Source: Acidobacteriota bacterium (GTDB taxonomy: Bacteria > Acidobacteriota > UBA890 > WLXD01). From it: a DNA stretch of 64,000 bases. Made by a program: the position numbers and the translations under genes. Positions 47,835-57,322 of the stretch are shown here, one piece after another. How positions within the stretch are numbered: the stretch's first letter is position 1; each line of letters begins with the position of its first letter. A model generated the notes under the pieces. That model did not search any database. It was not told where the DNA came from and saw only the letters and a program-made list of their open reading frames with translations. The DNA lies in the NCBI GenBank assembly GCA_036012155.1, contig DASCOT010000033.1:106-64105 (forward strand), written 5' to 3'.

Positions 47835-48611
47835 CTAACGAGATGGTCGCGCTACGCGCGGCGAAGGCTCGAAGACGATGGTGCTGCCGGCGGGAAGCAA
47901 CGTCTCCAGCCCAACCCGCCACTGGTGGGCCCCGAGCCGCACAACTCCGGAGCGTCCCTGCAGCCACGGCTCGATGGAACCCAGGTCGTCAGGCGAATCC
48001 GGGTCCGGCTCCAGCTCCGGCAGCCGATAATGCATCGGCACCAAGTGCCTCGGCTGCACCGCCGTGACCAGCGCGGCGACTTCGTCGCGCGCCAGGATGT
48101 GAAACTGGGCGTCGATGGGCACCATGAGGATATCGACGGCGCCGAGATCGCGCAGGTTGTCGCACGTCAGCGGACCGTTGTCGCCGAGATGCGCGATCCG
48201 CAACCCCGCCGTCTCGACCACCCAGATGGTGTTGCGTTGACCGAACTCTTCGCCGTAGGGATCGGCGTGTCTGCCGCGCAGCCCGATCAAGCGAACGTCG
48301 TCGACCATGAACTCGCCGGGGGCATCGAAGACGCGTGCCTCGGGCCACGGGAACGGTGTACCGCGAAACCTTCCGGCATCGTGGTCATAGTGCGGATGGG
48401 TGATGACGACCGCGTCGGGATGCAGACCCTCGGGGAAGTCATAGCCGATCCACACTCCGCTGGCGAAGGGATCCAAGAGGATCCGCGCACCACCCGGCGA
48501 CTCGACCAAGAAGCTGGCGTGCGCGATGTACTCGATCGTAAGCGTCGTCTGTGGCGCGCTGGCGCCGCTGCACAGAGCTGCGAGGAGGGCGCAGATCGTC
48601 GGCCGGCTCAC
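47835..48611 (-). CDS. MBL-fold metallo-hydrolase, exported
   Basis: YIAHASF, THPHYDH, HLGD, PMHY. Confidence 0.85.
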   Translation of the reverse strand: MSRPTICALLAALCSGASAPQTTLTIEYIAHASFLVESPGGARILLDPFASGVWIGYDFPEGLHPDAVVITHPHYDHDAGRFRGTPFPWPEARVFDAPGEFMVDDVRLIGLRGRHADPYGEEFGQRNTIWVVETAGLRIAHLGDNGPLTCDNLRDLGAVDILMVPIDAQFHILARDEVAALVTAVQPRHLVPMHYRLPELEPDPDSPDDLGSIEPWLQGRSGVVRLGAHQWRVGLETLLPAGSTIVFEPSPRVARPSR

Positions 48612-48613
48612 CC

Positions 48614-49798
48614 TCAGCCTTGCCGCCGCCGGAACAGGGCGATCGAGCTAGTGTAGCCATGTACGAAGGTGCGGCGGTCTACCGGTCCTATCTCGCCGTT
48701 GCAAAAGAAACCGCCGATCGGCATCTCGCCCAGGCGCGTGTTGATCATGCGACTATCGTGATCCGGCTCACCATAGAGGGTTTCGCCGCGGCCCAGGCAG
48801 GAGAACAAGAGGGCTCCGTCAGGCGTCGCGCCATTGTTGCTCTTGTATTCGCGCAGCAGGGCATCGAGATCCTCGGCCGACGTATCGGCATCGCGCAGGT
48901 GAAACTGAACGACCTGGCCCGGCTCCACGAGCTCACCCACCGTTATGACGCCGGTCTCCGGTTCGACTCCCACGAGGTTGCGTACCAGGAAATCGCCGCG
49001 CGAGTAGGCCGAGCGACCCTCCGCCATCACGACGCCGAGGAACAGCGAGTGTCGAAATAGCTTCCGATCCGCAACCGACAGCTCGTCGTACAACTCGCCG
49101 AGCAGCTCCGTGGGTCGCCTCCCATCAAGCTCGAGAATCCGATTGCGCACCGCGCTGGTGATAAACAGCGGCGGCCCGATGGGTCGGCAACCCTGCGCAA
49201 CGATCGTGTCCATCGCGATATCGCCGTTTAGCAGTAGTCCCGCAACTCCCTCAGTGCGCACATCGTCGTCGATGAACAGCGCGTTGTCTCCGGGTCGGCT
49301 CGCACCGCTGGCAAGTCCACCCACCTTCTGGCTCTCCGGATAAACCGAGTCGAGCGATGTGAGCAACCCGCGCGCATCACAGCTGAAAGGGTCCGCCAGA
49401 AGCACGAAATGCGCCGGCTTCGACATGTCGGCGTCGAGGCGCGAGGGCCACTGGCCAGGCCGCTCGATCAACTGTTCGCTCTCGATCGAGTCGAGGTGAA
49501 ACAGGTCGATGTGGACGTCTGGCAGCAGAGCTGCGGTCATTGACAGCGCCGGAGCATGCTCGATCTCGCGACCACCACCGACTACACCACCACCGGAGCA
49601 CCCAAAGAAGCGCGTTGACGGAAAGTAGCGGCGCACCTCTTGAGGCACCGTTGGATAATCATCCATGTGGTGCTCGGAGGCGAACAACAGCAGCAAGTCA
49701 GGTCGACGTCCACCCAACGCCCGCTCGATCTCGCCGGCCGACTGCTTTACGGCGACGTCGAGACAGGCTTCCTCCGACAAGAACGAGGCCCATTTCAT
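48614..49798 (-). CDS. FIST N/C-domain protein
   Basis: GCSGGG, VGGLASG, VAQGCRPIG, FLVRNLVG, FHLRDA, FSCLGRG, GFFCNGEIGP, HGYT. Confidence 0.9.
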   Translation of the reverse strand: MKWASFLSEEACLDVAVKQSAGEIERALGGRRPDLLLLFASEHHMDDYPTVPQEVRRYFPSTRFFGCSGGGVVGGGREIEHAPALSMTAALLPDVHIDLFHLDSIESEQLIERPGQWPSRLDADMSKPAHFVLLADPFSCDARGLLTSLDSVYPESQKVGGLASGASRPGDNALFIDDDVRTEGVAGLLLNGDIAMDTIVAQGCRPIGPPLFITSAVRNRILELDGRRPTELLGELYDELSVADRKLFRHSLFLGVVMAEGRSAYSRGDFLVRNLVGVEPETGVITVGELVEPGQVVQFHLRDADTSAEDLDALLREYKSNNGATPDGALLFSCLGRGETLYGEPDHDSRMINTRLGEMPIGGFFCNGEIGPVDRRTFVHGYTSSIALFRRRQG

Positions 49799-49891
49799 GG
49801 GCCGCAGTGTACACGCAATCGATTCGGCTCCGAATGTCCGCGGTGACCTCGCACAACGACGGTGGCGGCGCAACGATCAGGCTCGGTGCCT

Positions 49892-49900
49892 TGCTACAAT
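49892..49900 (+). promoter_or_regulatory. Putative extended -10 (TG-C-TACAAT) for the sulfotransferase gene
   Basis: Motif 38 bp upstream of GTG 49938. Confidence 0.4.
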
Positions 49901-49937
49901 GGCGGGTCATCTTCTCATCGTCCACCGAGAGAACCGC

Positions 49938-50576
49938 GTGCTGAGATCGCTCAAGAGGGCCCTTCGTCGTCGCAAATACGGCGACGAAGTGATCATCGTC
50001 TCGGGGTTACCGCGCTCGGGGACTTCCATGATGATGCGCATGCTCGACGCCGCCGGTCTGCCCATCCTGACCGACAACGAGCGCGTTGCCGACGCCGACA
50101 ACCCGAAGGGTTACTACGAGCATGAGAGGGTCAAAGACCTCGAGAACGAGACCGACAAGTCATGGCTCGGCGCCGCACGCGGCAAGGTCCTGAAGGTCAT
50201 CTCGCACTTGCTCAAGGACTTACCCGCCGAACATTTCTACAAGGTGATCTTCATGCGCCGCGACCTCGACGAGGTCGTCGCCTCACAGAACAAGATGCTC
50301 GAGCGACGCGCCGAAAATAACCCGCTCGACGACGAGCAGACGAAACAGTTCTACCTGCGTCATCTGGTGCAAGTGCAATTCCTGGTCCGCGATCGCCCCA
50401 ACTTCCAAATGATCGAGCTGCACTACAAGGACGCCCTCGATAACCCCGCCGGGTTCGTTAGCACGATCGACGAGTTCCTCGAACGGAGTCTCGACGCCGG
50501 AGCGATGGCCACGGTCGTAGACCAGCAGCTCTATCGAAACCGTAAGGCAGTCCTCAAGAAGCAGCCGCCAGGCTGA
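49938..50576 (+). CDS. Sulfotransferase family protein
   Basis: VSGLPRSGTSMMM (PAPS 5'-loop), DNPKGYYE, FMRRDL.EV.ASQ. Confidence 0.85.
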   Translation: MLRSLKRALRRRKYGDEVIIVSGLPRSGTSMMMRMLDAAGLPILTDNERVADADNPKGYYEHERVKDLENETDKSWLGAARGKVLKVISHLLKDLPAEHFYKVIFMRRDLDEVVASQNKMLERRAENNPLDDEQTKQFYLRHLVQVQFLVRDRPNFQMIELHYKDALDNPAGFVSTIDEFLERSLDAGAMATVVDQQLYRNRKAVLKKQPPG

Positions 50577-50578
50577 CG

Positions 50579-51391
50579 CTAGCCGCGGGCGATGAGATCC
50601 GTCACCGAATCGACGACCACATCAGCGGTGTAGGGATCACCACCATCTGACTCGCTCGCGTCCACTGCTCCCTCTCGATACTTGCCGGTACGTACGAGCA
50701 CCGTACGCATCCCGAGCGCCGAGGCTGCAGCCGCATCGGTGATCGGATCGTCGCCGATCATGGCGACCGACTCCGCCTTCATGCCCATCGTGCCGAGCAC
50801 GGTCTCGAAGATGGCGCGCTCGGGCTTGCCGAAGATCATCGCCGTACGACCGGTGGCATACTCCAGCGCCACCACAAACGGACCCGCGTCGAGGCGCGTA
50901 CCGTCGGCTGATAGCCAGTATCGGCTACGCACCAATCCGATGAGGCGAGCACCGCGCTCGCGCACCAGAACGAAGGCACGGTTCAGTAGCTCGAACGTCC
51001 AACCATCGCCGAGGTCGCCGACGACCACATAATCGGGATTGTCAGGGTCGAGACGCACGCCATCGAAGTCCGCTAGCGCCGCCGGGGCCACGAGTAGCCA
51101 CGCGCTGGCATCGTTGTCGCGCAGGAAGCGGCCGGCGGCCGTGGGAGCACAGAACACCTCGTCGGCGCCTACCTCGAACCCCAATCGCTCCAGCTTGGAG
51201 GTCAGCGCGTCGTGTGCCTGCGTGGTGGTGTTGGTGAGGAAGCGCATTGGAATGCCGGAGGAACGAAGCGCCGCGATCGACGCGGCTGCCCCGTCGATCG
51301 GACGGTCTCCCACGTAGAGGGTCCCTTCGAGATCGAACACCAGTCCGGTCACGCCCTCCAGTTCCGGAATCAGAACTGCTTCGTCGCTCAT
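50579..51391 (-). CDS. HAD-IIA hydrolase (LHPP/NagD-like)
   Basis: FDLEGTLY, FLTNTT, GKPE, IGDD..TD, VRTGKYR. Confidence 0.85.
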   Translation of the reverse strand: MSDEAVLIPELEGVTGLVFDLEGTLYVGDRPIDGAAASIAALRSSGIPMRFLTNTTTQAHDALTSKLERLGFEVGADEVFCAPTAAGRFLRDNDASAWLLVAPAALADFDGVRLDPDNPDYVVVGDLGDGWTFELLNRAFVLVRERGARLIGLVRSRYWLSADGTRLDAGPFVVALEYATGRTAMIFGKPERAIFETVLGTMGMKAESVAMIGDDPITDAAAASALGMRTVLVRTGKYREGAVDASESDGGDPYTADVVVDSVTDLIARG

Positions 51392-51437
51392 GCCGTCAGT
51401 CTAAGCCGATCAGCAGCTGGACAACGACACTGTCTCG

Positions 51438-52028
51438 CTAGCGGGATGATGTGTCCGTATCCGAACGGCCCCAGCGTCGCCACAGCCACGCTGTCAGCGC
51501 CAACATCAGCATGCCGACAGCAACCCACGACCAGATGCCCAGACGCGGCACGGGATCGCCGCGAAGCAGCGTGCCAAGGCCGGTCCCGGTCAGCGTGAAG
51601 GCAACGGCGCCAGGGAGGATACCCAGTGCAGTGGTCCACACGAAGGTCCGGCGCGGAACCATGGTGAGCCCGGCGGCCCAGTTGACCGCTGTGAAGGCCA
51701 CGGTCGGAAGGAAGCGCAGGGTCAGCAGCACCGGCCAGCCCGCAGACTGCACGGCGTGGTCGGCACGTTGTAGGACACCCGCTGGGACGAGGCGCGAGCC
51801 TAGCGGACGCCCGAAGCGGCGGGCCAGCTCGAAGCTGATCTGTGCCCCCGCGAGGGCGAAGAGCCAGGTAACGACTGTCCCCCAGACGGGACCGAACACC
51901 ATACCGTTGAGCAGCGCCGGGATCTCGGCCGGGATGGGCAAGATCGCCACGGCCAGGGTAAGTAGGGGCGCCAATATGTACACCAGACCCCCCGATCCCT
52001 CGATCCAATGTGCGAGCGATTCGAGCAT
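51438..52028 (-). CDS. TVP38/TMEM64 (VTT/DedA) membrane protein
   Basis: PIPAE...NGMVFG, LARRFGRP, LRFLP...NWAAG, TALGILPG. Confidence 0.85.
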   Translation of the reverse strand: MLESLAHWIEGSGGLVYILAPLLTLAVAILPIPAEIPALLNGMVFGPVWGTVVTWLFALAGAQISFELARRFGRPLGSRLVPAGVLQRADHAVQSAGWPVLLTLRFLPTVAFTAVNWAAGLTMVPRRTFVWTTALGILPGAVAFTLTGTGLGTLLRGDPVPRLGIWSWVAVGMLMLALTAWLWRRWGRSDTDTSSR

Positions 52029-52103
52029 GGCTTCCTCGTACGAATGGTATGGCCCTGGTGCGCACCGGGTCATTAGACCGACGCGGCCAACCCTACGTTC
52101 GCA

Positions 52104-52200
52104 ATACTCGGCGCGCAAAGCCTCGGCAGGCGCCACCGCCAAGCCGCGTCATCGGATCATTGGCGCGGATGCCGTACAGCAATCCATCTAGCCATCGGCG
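52104..52200 (-). pseudogene. Relic of the C-terminus of an ADOP/MacB-type permease
   Basis: RRWLDGLLYGIRANDPMT in one frame, then AVAPAEALRAE in the next frame. Matches LLYGVAPGDPLT...VDPVEALKAQ of the ADOP gene in this window. Confidence 0.5.
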
Positions 52201-52450
52201 ATGGTCGCCGAAGTATCGCGCAATTACCCAACGCCGAAGGCTCGGCGGTAGCAAGAGCTTCAGCCAGGCGGCCCACCACGCCGGCATCATCGGCCCTCGG
52301 CCTCGGAACCGATTTGGACGCCGTCCCAGACACGCTCGAGCTGCTGCCTCGATCGCCGCAGAGCCTCCCGGCCGGCGACCTCGATCCGAAAACACTTGGT
52401 CAGCAATACACACCAGTCAAGCGCCTAGGGCAATCTGCTAGGCTCACCGG

Positions 52451-53179
52451 ATGCGTGAGGTACGAGCGGTGATCTGGGACTTCGACGGCACATTGGTGGA
52501 CACCCGTCAGAAGAACCTCAACGTCACGCGGACGCTCGTCCAGCTCATCAAGGGAGAGTCTCCCGACGGCCACGACGCGCTGCGCTCCCTGCGGCACTAC
52601 GAGCACGCCCTCCAACGGCACCGCCACTGGAAGGACTTCTATCGACAAGAGCTGGGAATGACCGGCGATCAGATCCAACTGGCCGAGGCAAGCTGGCTTG
52701 ATCAGCAGCTAGCCGACGAGACCATAGCGGCTTCCTACGACGGCATCCTAGAAGTTCTGGAGGGCCTGGCTCACCTGCCTCACGGCATCGTGTCGCTCAA
52801 CGCCACTCGCAACATCTTGCGCTTCCTCGAGCGCTTGCAGCTCGAGACGCATTTCGACGAGGTGATGGGGGTCGATGCCGTCGATCCCGGTCGACAGAAA
52901 CCTCTGCCGGACGCACTGCTGGCGTGCATCGAGCGTCTGACGGGAACACGGCCCGGCCGGATCATCTACGTCGGTGATCACGAGTCGGACATCGAGTGTG
53001 TTCACAACGCCAACATCCACTACGTGGAGCAGGAGATCGCAATCGAGATCATCGGCATCAGCGCGGTTTATGGGCCGCTGTCCGACGATTCCCATTGGTC
53101 GGTCGAGCCCCATTACCGTGCCGAGCACCCACGCCAGATTCTGAAGTTCGTCGACGAGCTACTCGCCGCTGCCAGCTGA
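52451..53179 (+). CDS. HAD-IA hydrolase (phosphoglycolate-phosphatase-like)
   Basis: WDFDGTLVDT, KPLPD, YVGDHESD. Confidence 0.85.
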   Translation: MREVRAVIWDFDGTLVDTRQKNLNVTRTLVQLIKGESPDGHDALRSLRHYEHALQRHRHWKDFYRQELGMTGDQIQLAEASWLDQQLADETIAASYDGILEVLEGLAHLPHGIVSLNATRNILRFLERLQLETHFDEVMGVDAVDPGRQKPLPDALLACIERLTGTRPGRIIYVGDHESDIECVHNANIHYVEQEIAIEIIGISAVYGPLSDDSHWSVEPHYRAEHPRQILKFVDELLAAAS

Positions 53180-53860
53180 GTCCAACGAGCGATCTGACCC
53201 GGGTTCCCCGTCACCGTCCGACGGCACATCCGCGTCCGCTCGCGACGCGGAGCCAGATGCCGACCCGTCGTCAACTTGCCGCCTGGAGCCGGATGTCGGC
53301 TCGTCGTCAACTTGCGGCGTGGAGCCGGATGTCGGCTCGTCGTCAACTCGCGACGTGGAGCCGGATGTCAGCTCGTCGTCAACCGCGGGTGTGAGCGCTG
53401 CCGAGGCCGAGGCGGACGCCGTGGGCCCTGCCGCCGGCTCGGCGGGCGCTTCCGGCTGGCGCGCTTCTCCGACGATCTCAGAGGATCGTCCTATCTCGGC
53501 TCCAGACCAGAAGAACAATACCGCCAGCGCGGCCTCGAACAGACCGGCGAATAGCGTGTGTGCCGCCAACCCGTCCATACCGAGGCTAACGACACGACCA
53601 GCGAGCAACCCGCTGTAGATAACCCCGACCGCGTAGAGCCACTGTCGTCCGAACCGTCCGCCGATCGCGCCCCTCAATACTGCAGCACCAAGGGCGACCA
53701 CCAGGCCGCCGGCCAGAGCGCGGAGCTCGCCGCGGGCGCCAGTATTGAGAAGATCGAACCCCAAGAGACGCGCCACCGCGTCGACCTCGTAGAGAAAGTA
53801 GAGCCCGAGCACGACGTGCCCGATCCCGGCAGCAAACAACAGCGGCTTGAGCCACTTCAT
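53159..53860 (-). CDS. DUF4345-like four-TM protein with acidic repetitive tail
   Basis: AGGAGG RBS, ELRALAGG, GRVVSLGMDG, then a low-complexity tail. Confidence 0.7.
   Translation of the reverse strand: MKWLKPLLFAAGIGHVVLGLYFLYEVDAVARLLGFDLLNTGARGELRALAGGLVVALGAAVLRGAIGGRFGRQWLYAVGVIYSGLLAGRVVSLGMDGLAAHTLFAGLFEAALAVLFFWSGAEIGRSSEIVGEARQPEAPAEPAAGPTASASASAALTPAVDDELTSGSTSRVDDEPTSGSTPQVDDEPTSGSRRQVDDGSASGSASRADADVPSDGDGEPGSDRSLDSAGSGE
53241..53384. repeat. 4 x 36-bp coding tandem repeat
   Basis: Units start at 53241, 53277, 53313 and 53349 and share GGAGCC(G/A)GATG..(T/C)CGTCGTCAAC. Encode VDDE(P/L)TSGS(T/R)xx on the minus strand. Confidence 0.92.
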
Positions 53861-53927
53861 GTCCCCTCCTTGCGCCATCCGAGATTTCCCCATCAGGCTG
53901 CGCTGAAAGTGTACCGGGTCACCAGCC

Positions 53928-54638
53928 TCACGCGCAGATGTGACGAGATAACTCTGAAGCCTGGCGCCTGCGGACCCGGCGCGCCGGGCCATCCCAACAC
54001 AGCGCAGCAGCGTAGCCACCGCGCACCTCGGGGGTGGCGAAGTGCCACAGCGCGGGCTCGTCGCCCGGGTAGCCCGTCTCCATCAGGCGCGGTGGATCAC
54101 ACGCCAGCTCCATGGCGAAGTGACGCGAAGAAAAAGCCAGTCCCGTACCGATCGCTTTCAGATACGACTCTTTCAATGTCCAAGCCCGATAGAAGCCAGC
54201 GGCGCGGTCGGCCGCCTGCAGCCCGTGCAGCCAGCGGTCCTCGGCCTCGGCGAAGAAACGTCGCGATAGTCTACGGAAGGGGCGCCGCGGGCGCCGCTGT
54301 TCGACGTCCACACCCACCCGCCCGCCTGCTGCCACAGCTACGAGGGCCCGATCGCCGGAGTGCGAGAGGTTGAAGGTCAGCTCGTCGCCCGGCAGCCGTG
54401 GCTTGCCGTGCGCCCCGTATTCGATCAGCACCTCCGCCGGACTGACGTCGAGCACGTCTCCGAGGACGGTACGTAGCATCGATCGCCCGACGAGAAACTC
54501 GAGTCGCTTCGACGGCGACCGCATCCGCCGGAGTCGAGCGCGCTCGACGCCGTCGAGCACCTCGGGTGCCGCCAGAGCGCCGTCGAGGACAAACGACCAG
54601 ACGTCGATCGTCCGTGAACCCCCTAGCGCGGGCAACAT
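53928..54638 (-). CDS. Sfp-type 4'-phosphopantetheinyl transferase
   Basis: HGKPRL, FNLSHSG, VGVDVE, WTLKESYLKA.GTG. Start uncertain. Confidence 0.88.
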   Translation of the reverse strand: MLPALGGSRTIDVWSFVLDGALAAPEVLDGVERARLRRMRSPSKRLEFLVGRSMLRTVLGDVLDVSPAEVLIEYGAHGKPRLPGDELTFNLSHSGDRALVAVAAGGRVGVDVEQRRPRRPFRRLSRRFFAEAEDRWLHGLQAADRAAGFYRAWTLKESYLKAIGTGLAFSSRHFAMELACDPPRLMETGYPGDEPALWHFATPEVRGGYAAALCWDGPARRVRRRQASELSRHICA

Positions 54639-55252
54639 GGACAGTTGCGACCGCGGAACGCATCCCATCCTTCGCGGACGATGATCGGCGCCATCACGAG
54701 CGCGGCCAGTGGATCTGCCCACCACCAGCCGAACAGGGCATTGAGCAGCAGCCCACCGAGAAGAATGGCCGACAGATACGTGCACAGCATGGTCTGGTTG
54801 GCCTCGAGGTGCAGGGCGCTACTGGACATCGCCAGCGCTACCTTGCGCTTGGCGCGCGCCAACACCGGCATCACCAACACCGAGCCAGCGGCCACAGCGA
54901 TCCCCAGCAAGCTCGCGTCCGGCGCACGGCCTGACGACAGCATGAGCAGCGCCTCGAACGTCACGTAGGCGGCCAGCACCAGAAAGCTCCCACCGATGAG
55001 CCGCAGTGAGACCCTCTCGGCTTGGGCTCGCCGGAGGGGATCGGCGTCGGCGTGTAGACGCCACAGGGCAACCGCGGCCGCCGAGAGCTCGATGGTGCTG
55101 TCCGCGCCGAAGCCCACGAGAGCTACCGACCCGGCGATGGCCGCCGCCACGAGCGCCAGCACCGCCTCGACACCGTTGTATGCCAGCGTGGCCCAGGTCA
55201 ATGCGAGCCCGCGCCGTACCAGCGCGCTACGTTCCAAAACCAGCTCGGTCAT
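54623..55252 (-). CDS. CDF/cation-efflux transmembrane-domain protein (TMEM163-like)
   Basis: YNGVEA, SVALVGFGADS.IE, WWWADPLAAL. Confidence 0.82.
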   Translation of the reverse strand: MTELVLERSALVRRGLALTWATLAYNGVEAVLALVAAAIAGSVALVGFGADSTIELSAAAVALWRLHADADPLRRAQAERVSLRLIGGSFLVLAAYVTFEALLMLSSGRAPDASLLGIAVAAGSVLVMPVLARAKRKVALAMSSSALHLEANQTMLCTYLSAILLGGLLLNALFGWWWADPLAALVMAPIIVREGWDAFRGRNCPCCPR

Positions 55253-55350
55253 GACTGGATCCCCGGCCTCAGCACTCTGCGCATCGAGTCAACATCGATT
55301 CAACCGACTCCGTGAGCCCCGCTCCGGAACAGCCGTCGGCGCCCGCACTG

Positions 55351-55690
55351 CTACTCGATCACGCCGAGAATCAGATGAGACGGGTGCTCAGGGGTTCGAA
55401 AAACCGCCTGTGTAGCGACCTGATAGTCGTTCGCACGGGCGTGATAGATATCCACGAAGGTCTGCGGGTTCCGGTCGTAGGCCGGGAACCACGAGCTTTG
55501 TACCTGAACCATGATCCGATGCCCGGCCTTGAACGTATGGTATCGATCGCGCAGGTCGATGGCGATCGGGTGTCGCTGTCGGGCGCGCCGCCCGGGTAGA
55601 CATCGATGAGCTTCACTACCCAGTCGGAATCGGTGCCCGCAGTCGACACGAAACGGGAATACGCAACGCCCACCGGGCCACGCATACGCC
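55351..55690 (-). pseudogene. 3' fragment of a CocE/NonD (PepX_C) hydrolase with internal deletion and frameshift
   Basis: FVSTAGTDSDWVVKLIDVYP in one frame, then HTFKAGHRIMVQVQSSWFPAYDRNPQ in another. No catalytic N-terminal domain. Confidence 0.8.
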
Positions 55691-55828
55691 CATCGTGGCA
55701 CGCACAGGCACCGACCGAACAGCTATCGCTGTGCTATCCTTCCGTCTCTCGCCATTCGGGTGACGCTCCTTGTCTGTGAGCGCCCGGAGGGTTGCCGACA
55801 CATTCGAACGATTTCAGAGATCAGAGTC

Positions 55829-56068
55829 ATGGCCAGAAGGTGCGCGATCACCGGGAAGGGTCCCCGCTCGGGAAACAATGTTTCGCACGCGAACAACCGC
55901 ACCAAGCGGTGGTTCCGTCCGAACCTGGCGAGCAAGAAAGTGTGGATCCCCGAGCTCGGAAGGTCGGTCCGTCTCAAGCTGTCGACCACGGCGCTCAAGA
56001 GCATCGACCGCGACGGTCTGTTGCGCTATCTGAAGAAGAAGGGCCTCACGTTGAAGGACGTGACCTGA
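55829..56068 (+). CDS. rpmB: 50S ribosomal protein L28
   Basis: MARRCAITGK...GNNVSHANNRTKRWFRPNL. Confidence 0.95.
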   Translation: MARRCAITGKGPRSGNNVSHANNRTKRWFRPNLASKKVWIPELGRSVRLKLSTTALKSIDRDGLLRYLKKKGLTLKDVT

Positions 56069-56351
56069 GGCTGACGGCGTCCGCGGCGAGCCCCCTGAGC
56101 TCGCGCCATGCCCTGTAGGGATGTCACCGGCGCGATCTGTCTCGAAGCCGCGTCCGTTCCTGACCGCCGATGTCTCGGCTTCCAGGCCACTGCTATTGAA
56201 CGGTTGGCTGCCAGTGTTGCAGCTTTCAGGTTAGAACTCCCCGAATCAGTCCCAGCACGACCCACATGGCGGCGGCCCGACTCGACGCGAGCCATGTGGA
56301 CAGACCATGGTGGCCCGGACTAACTGACCTGGAGCACCGGATCGATCTCCA

Positions 56352-56900
56352 ATGCGCAATTCACGCGCTGGCCGCTCCCACGTCGCCTCCGGTGTTGCGA
56401 TCGCGATCGTTGTCCTCACCGTGGCGACGGCACACGGTGCCGCTCAGCACAGGATCGATCGGGCGCAGGTTGTGCGCGCGCTTATCAACCTCGAAGCCCA
56501 GGCACTGGACGGCGGCAACTGGACTTACGACCGTATCCAGGGGCGCATCACTCTGGTCGACTTCTGGGCGACCTGGTGCGCTCCCTGCTTGCGCGAGCTG
56601 CCATACCTGAAGCGGGCTCGCGCCAAGTATGGCGACGACTTCCGTGTGCTCGGAATCAGCCTCGACCGCATGAGTCGCCGCGACCTCACGAACTGGCTGC
56701 GCCGCCATAGCGTCGGGTGGCCACAGATTCACGCCAACGACGGCTATTCGGACGCCATCGCAGTGGACTTCGGTATCGACCGGTTGCCGACGAACCTGCT
56801 GCTCGATCGTCACGGTCGGGTGCGTGCGCTGGACGTTCGTGGCGACGACCTGTTTGCCGAGGTCGACGCGCTTATCGCTGAAAGTCTGGTTTCCGAGTAG
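56352..56900 (+). CDS. TlpA/ResA-like exported thioredoxin
   Basis: LVDFWATWCAPC..ELP, GISLD, LPTN.LLDR.G. Confidence 0.88.
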   Translation: MRNSRAGRSHVASGVAIAIVVLTVATAHGAAQHRIDRAQVVRALINLEAQALDGGNWTYDRIQGRITLVDFWATWCAPCLRELPYLKRARAKYGDDFRVLGISLDRMSRRDLTNWLRRHSVGWPQIHANDGYSDAIAVDFGIDRLPTNLLLDRHGRVRALDVRGDDLFAEVDALIAESLVSE

Positions 56901-56939
56901 GCCTACGGGCACATCACGGCGGGCGTGCAAAGTCTACCT

Positions 56940-56975
56940 ATGTCGATATAGACTTATATCGTATAAGTACGACAT
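56940..56975. promoter_or_regulatory. AT-rich nested inverted repeat, putative PadR operator/promoter
   Basis: ATGTCG(56940-45)...CGACAT(56970-75) enclosing ACTTATA-tcg-TATAAGT (56952-68), about 45 bp upstream of padR. Confidence 0.55.
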
Positions 56976-57019
56976 GGTGCCCACGGGATAGTGCCCGACA
57001 TACGCCCACGGAGAACGCG

Positions 57020-57322
57020 ATGCGCATGACGTACGCAACAGCCATGGTGCTGCAAGCACTCGATGCCGGTTATCGGTACGGCTTCGAGATCATCGAGGTC
57101 GTGGGGGTGCGCAGCGGGACCGTGTATCCACTGTTACGTCGACTCGAGGAAGCAGGCGTGCTGCGCTCGCGATGGGAGCAGGTTCGTGTGACCCGCTCCA
57201 GCAATCGACCGGCTCGCAAGTACTACGAGCTCACTCGACGGGCTGCGCCGCTGATTGCCCAGGCCCGGGACCGCTACCCTGCCCCGGACCTCGCTACGGC
57301 CAGCGAACAGCAGCATGTCTAG
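57020..57322 (+). CDS. PadR-family transcriptional regulator
   Basis: [24 protein letters not shown]. Confidence 0.9.
   Translation: MRMTYATAMVLQALDAGYRYGFEIIEVVGVRSGTVYPLLRRLEEAGVLRSRWEQVRVTRSSNRPARKYYELTRRAAPLIAQARDRYPAPDLATASEQQHV

Noticed and set aside
53241-53384. 36-bp repeats as a CRISPR array
   Set aside because: The units are contiguous with no spacers, keep frame inside a CDS, and no cas genes are present.
56069-56351. Possible structured RNA or small ORF after rpmB
   Set aside because: Only short inverted repeats (GCGAGC/GCTCGC, CACTG/CAGTG) and no family signature; not supportable by eye.
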